Below, piece by piece: positions 58,288-64,000 of a stretch of DNA of 64,000 nt. The notes beneath the pieces are model-generated. The model ran no database searches. It saw only the letters and a program-made list of their open reading frames with translations, and was not told the origin of the DNA. The position numbers and the translations under genes were made by a program. Source of the DNA: the human T2T-CHM13v2.0 reference genome, Homo sapiens; NCBI RefSeq assembly GCF_009914755.1, contig NC_060926.1, one strand, 5' to 3'. The first letter of the stretch is position 1. Each line of letters opens with the position of its first letter.

Positions 58288-59296
58288 TAAGGTACCTCTG
58301 AGGTGAATTAGAAAACCAGTTCAGGAAGTTGGAAAGGAGAAATTCCTAGAATCCTGTGTAACTGCTGGGTTCACTTAGTATTTCCAGTGCCAAGAGGGAC
58401 CCGAAGTAAAGAGGAGCAGATGACATGGGAGTCTTGCCAAATAGAGAGACAGGGCCAGGGTGCAGGGGAGGTAAGGCTCTGTGCCCAGGTGCGGGGGAGG
58501 GAGGAAGCTTCTGGAAGTCCTCTGGGATTGTGGTGCCCATTTCTTTTGCTAAAGCCAGTGTTAACAAGGGTTTCAGTCCCAACCATGCCCCATACCCTGG
58601 CTCCCCGATCCTGCCCCAGCCCAAGCTTCCCTGCAGTGGGTTTCACCCCGTTTCTTCTCTTGCACTTGCCTCTCCCCTGCTACCCCGTCAATGATATCAT
58701 CAAAGAAATTAGACCCGGATTGGTCACTGCAGTACATGACTGCATGCAGTACATGGCGAATTCCACTTCACTAGCCCGATAGGGTCATCTCTTGTAGTTG
58801 CCTCAGCTGCAAAGTAGGGTTAATAATGCCAGCCTGGCAGACTATGTGATAATACTTAGTAAGAGGACTCAGGTTAAGAACATTCCTAAGGTGCTCTCCA
58901 AAGAATCCCAGGGACTGTGAATGAAATGTTAAAATAACCTTTCTCCCTTCCCTGTCCCTGCATCTCATTTATCCTTGAGAGAAGGTCAATGAGGTGTTTC
59001 CCCGAGGCCAACTTCCAGGTAACACAAACTTCAAGGGGGTACCTCTAAGCACTTAAATAAATCACGTTATTCTTCTAGCATTTTATGTGACTGTAATTCT
59101 AGAACTGTACACATTTCCTGCCTTTAGAAGTAGTGTACAGGGAATTGGGGTGAAGGGTTTTCTTCAGGACTCAGGAGGGCAGGTGACAGGACTCTCCCTG
59201 GTGTTGTGGTATGCAAATGAGCCCCCGCCCATCAGTCCTGGGCCCTTCACCATGCAGACCAAGACTGGGCATCATTTTGTGTGAATTCTCTCCCTC

Positions 59297-59836
59297 TTTT
59301 TTTTTTTTCAGTTTACTTGAAGGCAATTTATTAATAGAAAACATTTTGAGGAGTCCTGTTCACAGATGGTGACCATGGCAACCCCCTTCCTGCAGGTGCT
59401 TTTGGAGGGGATGGCAGTGACATCCTCAATCCACCTGATCTTCATACCTGAGCAGGCCCCAGGTCCAGGGATCTCAGTCCTATTTCCATCTGTGGCCTGG
59501 AGTTTGATGTAGGCCAGTGGTGTCTGGCTCCTTGCACCTCTAGGCCACATCCTGGGTGGCCAGCGTGGCAGCATGTGGAGAGGATTCATCTGGCCACCCT
59601 TTACCTTCATCCCACCAGTCACACAGCACATTTTTTTTTTTTTTTTTTTTTTTTGCCAGAAAGATCAGTGACATGGACAAATGTGTCATTGAAGGATGCA
59701 AAGATATGGTAGATGCCAAATACATTCTCTCCTTCAGCCACCTGAAGTCCGGGGCTGATGATGTGTTCTTCCTTCTTTTCCTTCCCCTTTCAAGGTGTCA
59801 TTTCTGTGCATTATCTCCAGACTCTGCACCAAAAAG
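59297..59836 (-). pseudogene. RPS14: Processed pseudogene of 40S ribosomal protein S14 (uS11)
   Basis: Minus strand from ATG at 59801 reads [49 protein letters not shown], then [66 protein letters not shown]. Intronless, stop at 59360-59362, AATAAA at 59327-59332, polyA at 59297-59308, 5'UTR to ~59836. Premature stop at codon 4 plus frameshifts. The symbol names the parent gene. Confidence 0.97.
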
Positions 59837-60699
59837 CCCTGTGAGTTCTTAGATCTGCCTTTGAAGTCCCTTTTCTTTCTGTGTCCTGTTGCCGGCTGCC
59901 ATCTCTGGCTCTCCCTGCCTCCTCTTGGCTCCCTACCCTACCTTAGCTCTCAACTGCTCTTTGAGGAAAACTGAGGGTAGTCAGAATGGCCTTTAATAGG
60001 GAGGGGTTGATGAGTTTGCAGCAGCTCAGAGGCTCTCAGTGTCTGAGTCCTGCATTCTTAGCCCTGAGTAAACACAAGCTGTTGCTGTGGGTCTAAATGC
60101 CAGATCCAGAGGCCCTGGTTGCATTTGTATAATACACCTCCCACTTTGTGGCTGGGTGTGTCCTCGGATTTATTTTAGAATAGTCATTATCTATTTCCGT
60201 GGGGAATTGTGCTACTAGCATGGCCACTTTATTGGAAGATCCAATAAAGAAAGCAGTGGGTGGTCTCTTGAACTTGGGTTATAATATAATCGTATTACAA
60301 TAGGAGGCAGCATAGTTTAGCGGCTCAAAGCTTAAGCTGCTGCTTGGTCGTGCCATTACTAGCTCTATGCAGTTTTTGTCCTCATTAAATTACTATATGC
60401 AAAGAGATGAGCAGAGCAGAGCAGAGGCCTGCATCTCTGCTGAATCCTGTCAAGTCCTCATATGTGGGCCTGGCACAGATTATGGGACTGAGAGGATGCC
60501 CACCCCTCCCAGGAGAAGTGGGGAGGTGCATTGCCCCTGGAAAGCAGGGTGAGAGGGGCAGGGAAGGGGTGGAAAGCTGTCAGGACAGGGGGGCCTAGCT
60601 TCATGGTGGCTTTGTCACATCCCATATTTAGCCCAAGATGGGGCTATTTTGGAGCCGATTCAGTTCCTGGGGATATTTTTTTCTTTTTATAAGATTCAG

Positions 60700-60830
60700 A
60701 ACTACTCTGAGCTAAAACCAATCTTTATCTGTAAAACAGAAATAATAATACTAGCTGCCTAATAGGGCTATTGTGGAAGTTAAATGGAGAAATGTACATC
60801 AAAGGCTAAAAACAGGGCCCAGGCAGGACA
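60700..60830 (+). mobile_element. MIR 3' fragment
   Basis: 'ttatctgtaaaacagaaataataatactagctgcctaatagggctattgtggaagttaaatggagaaatgtacatcaaagg'. Confidence 0.75.
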
Positions 60831-61083
60831 AGCACTCAACAACAGCTAGCACTCAACAACAAGCACTCAACAACAGCTAGCACTCAACAACAGCTAGCAC
60901 TCAACAACAGCTAGCACTCAACAACAATCACTCAACAACAGCTAGCACTCAACAACAAGCACTCAACAACAGCTAGCACTCAACAACAAGCACTCAACAA
61001 CAGCTAGCACTCAGCAGCTAGCACTCAACAACAAGCACTCAACAATAGCTAGCACTCAACAACAGCCAGCACTCAACAGCACT
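60831..61083. repeat. Minisatellite of ~16 units, 17-bp agcactcaacaacagct and 14-bp agcactcaacaaca
   Basis: Units parsed directly from the sequence. Confidence 0.97.
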
Positions 61084-62008
61084 ACACAGTGTTATATGTT
61101 ATTGAGTGCTTATCCTGTCCTGGGCACTGTTCTCTGAGGACTCTGTTCTTTGCTATCTTTGACAGCATTTCTTGAATCATTTTTGAAAATTATTTTTGCC
61201 TTTCTTTTTTTATGAAATACTATCCCTATAGCCACCAGACACAGAGCAATGGGATAAGGGTCTTTTTCTTCTGTTTTTAACAGCACAGACTTCTTAGCAA
61301 ACCTTTCCTGGCCTTTAGAGTGGCCTCAGAAGGACACTGTGTTGCATTCGAGGGTTGTATATCAGGCAGGCCTTTAATACTGGTTGACACTTTTTGGGGT
61401 TTCATGGCACTAGAGAGACCACTTTGTGTTCCTCCTGAGGAGTAGACTGAATCAGGCTGTTGGGTGGAGGTGACACTTCTCTGTAGTCCCCTATAATACC
61501 CCAAGAACCCATGCATTGTTCCCCCACAGAGGTCTTCACATGGCAATGAGAGGAGGCAAACTCTTGTGAGACCTTGGAAGAAATATCAATAGTGTTCAAC
61601 AATCCTGAGTCAAGATGAGAATTCTTTTTAATTTCACAGGAACCCTGAGTTGAAGGAAGCCCTGCTCATCCTGTTAACATGGTGGTGGCTGCTGGGATCA
61701 GAGTCAAACAGCATACTGAATAGGCTCTGGCTCTCTTCTGACTCAAAAATCCCAGAGTAGTCTTGGACCAGGTCTGAAGAAGATGCTTTATATGCTGCAG
61801 AACAGGATGTATTGGGCTTTTGGATCTTTTCATTAAGAATGTGTAACTATTACCTCACTGTAGGGTGAACCTATGCAACTAAAACTTGAGGCAGGATGCA
61901 TTCTTCTGTCTCTTAGGACAAACCTCTCCAGAAAGTCTCCTTGGAAGTGAGCCATGGGGCATGGTGTTGTAGTTGGAGAGCCAGCCACGCTGTGAGGGAA
62001 GAGAGCGC

Positions 62009-62370
62009 TGCCATGGTCTGAATGTTTGTGTCCCCCCAGAATTCATATGGAGAAACCTAGCCCCCAGTGAGGGCATTAGGAGGTGGGGGCTCTGGAAGGT
62101 GATTAGGTCATAAAGGCAGAGCTGTCATTAATGGGATCAGTGCCCTTATAAAAGAGGCCCCAGAGAGTTTGTTTGCCTCTTCCACCGTGTAATGATACAG
62201 CAAGAAGGCACCATCTATAAACCAGGAAATAGGTTCTCATTAGAAACCAAATCTGCCAGTGCCTTGGTCTTGGACTTTCCAGCCTCCAGAACTGGGAGAA
62301 ATAATTTCTCTTGTTTATAAGTCACCCAGCTTATGGCATTTTGTTACAGGAGCTCAAATGTGTTAAGACG
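62009..62370 (+). mobile_element. MaLR solo LTR (MLT1A-like)
   Basis: 'tgccatggtctgaatgtttgtgtccccccagaattcatatg', 'gcccttataaaagaggccccagagag', 'ttggactttccagcctccagaact'. Confidence 0.9.
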
Positions 62371-62394
62371 GTAGCACTTAGAATCAGAGGCTTG

Positions 62395-62720
62395 GGGGCA
62401 TGCTCCTTGAAGTTAAACTTGGCTTGTGACTCACTTTGGCCAATGAAACGTGAGTTGCGGTAATGACGTCTCTTCTGGGAACAGACCTGCAAGCCCAAGG
62501 CTTGATACACCATGTCCCCTTTCCCCTGCCACAGAGACTGATGGCACTACTTTGGGGGATTCTTCCAACCAACACTCCTAAGTAAAGGTGACAGAGAATA
62601 GAACCCTGCTGAGTCAAGATGGCCATATAGCATGCACAAGAGATAAATGTGTGCTGGGCGCAGACATTGAGTTTGGGTTTATTTTTTACCAGAGCATAAC
62701 CAGCCTGTCCTGGCGGATAT
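62395..62720 (+). mobile_element. Older MLT1-type LTR fragment
   Basis: 'tgtgactcactttggccaatgaaacgtgag', 'ttttttaccagagcataaccagcctgtcctg'. Confidence 0.55.
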
Positions 62721-62799
62721 AGTTAACAGCCAACAGTATCCCCTAAATGCCACATTTTACACACGGCCAGTGGAGCCTTATAAATTTGAGAGCTAGGAA

Positions 62800-62880
62800 T
62801 CTTCCCATTTTACAGATGAGAAAACTGAGACTCTGAGCAGTAACAACTCACACTTGATGCTGAAACTGGAACCTTAACCA
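62800..62880 (-). mobile_element. MIR fragment
   Basis: 'cccattttacagatgagaaaactgagactc'. Confidence 0.7.
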
Positions 62881-63267
62881 CCTACCACCACCTGCCAAGC
62901 CTGATCTGTAGCAGGCAACCAGCACATTCACACTGAATCTCACAGACATTCACTCTGGGCTGAGCAGACATTGGCAGACACTGACCCCTTCGTTTGTTTC
63001 TGAGGCAAGAAGAGGCATTTCTCATGGGAAAAGGGTTGAGGACAGGAAAGAGGGCTCCTAGGAAACACACCCATCCATCTAAGTCCACAGGAGGCCAAGT
63101 CAAAGGTGTAGGGTCACTCTATACCCATTGCTTGGCCCTACTGTGCCTGAAATCCCCCAAGAAGCCACCAGAAACAAAAACTTCTGGGAAAAGAGACAGT
63201 GGGAATTTCCTCAGACAGTAATGAGTTATTCTGGATCAAATGCCCACTGGGCCAAGAAGGTGAGTCA

Positions 63268-63620
63268 CCTAGTCAGTTTGGACTGCCATAGTGGAATACC
63301 ATTGATGGGATGACTTGTAAACAACTGAAAATTACTTCTCACAGTTCTCAAAAGTCCAAGATCAGGTCCCAGCATGGCCGGATTCTGGCAGGGACCCTCT
63401 TCCAGGTTGAAGACTTTAACATCTCATTTTCTTGCATGGTGGAAAGAGAGTGAGAGAGCTCTCTGGGGTCTCTTTCATAAGGGCGCTAATCCCATTCATG
63501 AGGGCTCCACCCTCGTGACCTCATCACTTCCCAAAGGCCTCATCTCCTAATATGATCACCTTGGGGGTTAGGATTTCAACATATGAATTTGGCAGGACAC
63601 AAGCAGTCAGTCCATAACTG
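63268..63620 (-). mobile_element. MaLR solo LTR (MLT1A/B-like)
   Basis: 'ttctcacagttctc...aagtccaagatcagg', 'taagggcgctaatcccattcatgagggctccaccctcgtgacctcatcacttcccaaaggcc'. Confidence 0.88.
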
Positions 63621-63699
63621 TGACACACAGGAGAAAACTGCAGGCCAGCCAGGGAGAGTGGCAAGGAAGGGAACAGGTGCTTCCTCTCCACAGGGCAGC

Positions 63700-63920
63700 T
63701 GCCATTCTGCTGAGCATCTGCAGGTGGGAAGATGGCCAAGTGTTGCCAGAGCATCCCATTTTCCAAGACAAGTTGGAAAATATAGATTTTCTTTTTAACA
63801 TGAAAGGTCAGCTCCTGATCTTTAAATCTTGATAGGTCATTAAACAACTTAAAATGCATGTGTGCCAAGCAAAACACATTCCAGACTGTAGCCCCCAAGC
63901 CTTCAGTCTGTGACCTCTGG
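63700..63920 (+). mobile_element. MER102-like hAT fragment
   Basis: 'gttgccagagcatcccattttccaagacaagttggaaaatatagatttt...aaaacacatt...gtctgtgacctctg'. Confidence 0.45.
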
Positions 63921-64000
63921 AAAGATCTAGCATCATTTTGCTGCTTGAAGGAATGTTACTGGGGGCAGAATCTCCTCATCTAAACAAGGAATATGTCCGG

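Noticed and set aside
59297-59836. Functional RPS14 gene or retrogene
   Set aside because: Stop at codon 4, frameshifts, an internal A tract and a deletion
60831-61083. CRISPR-like array
   Set aside because: The units are contiguous with no unique spacers, there are no cas genes, and the context is eukaryotic

Overview
This is primate (probably human or ape) non-coding genomic DNA, judged by abundant Alu (J/S/Y-type), L1, MIR, ERV1/MaLR/ERVL LTRs and old hAT/TcMar DNA transposon remnants. I can support no intact protein-coding gene. The long ORFs arise from a ~2.1 kb (ACC/ATC)n triplet array and from Alu, L1 or low-complexity sequence. The one recognisable gene-derived feature is a full-length processed RPS14 pseudogene on the minus strand (~59.3-59.8 kb). 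I did not find a convincing new biological system. The best leads are: the long hierarchical CAC/CAT array; a possible bidirectional promoter with a spliced minus-strand lncRNA near 27-29 kb (inferred from motifs only); several perfect fold-back palindromes that suggest template switching; a three-monomer Alu inside one TSD; a minisatellite born from a MIR/L2-type tail; and closely spaced inverted Alu pairs. Repeat family and subfamily names come from recalled consensus sequences and need RepeatMasker/Dfam confirmation. Boundaries of old elements are approximate.
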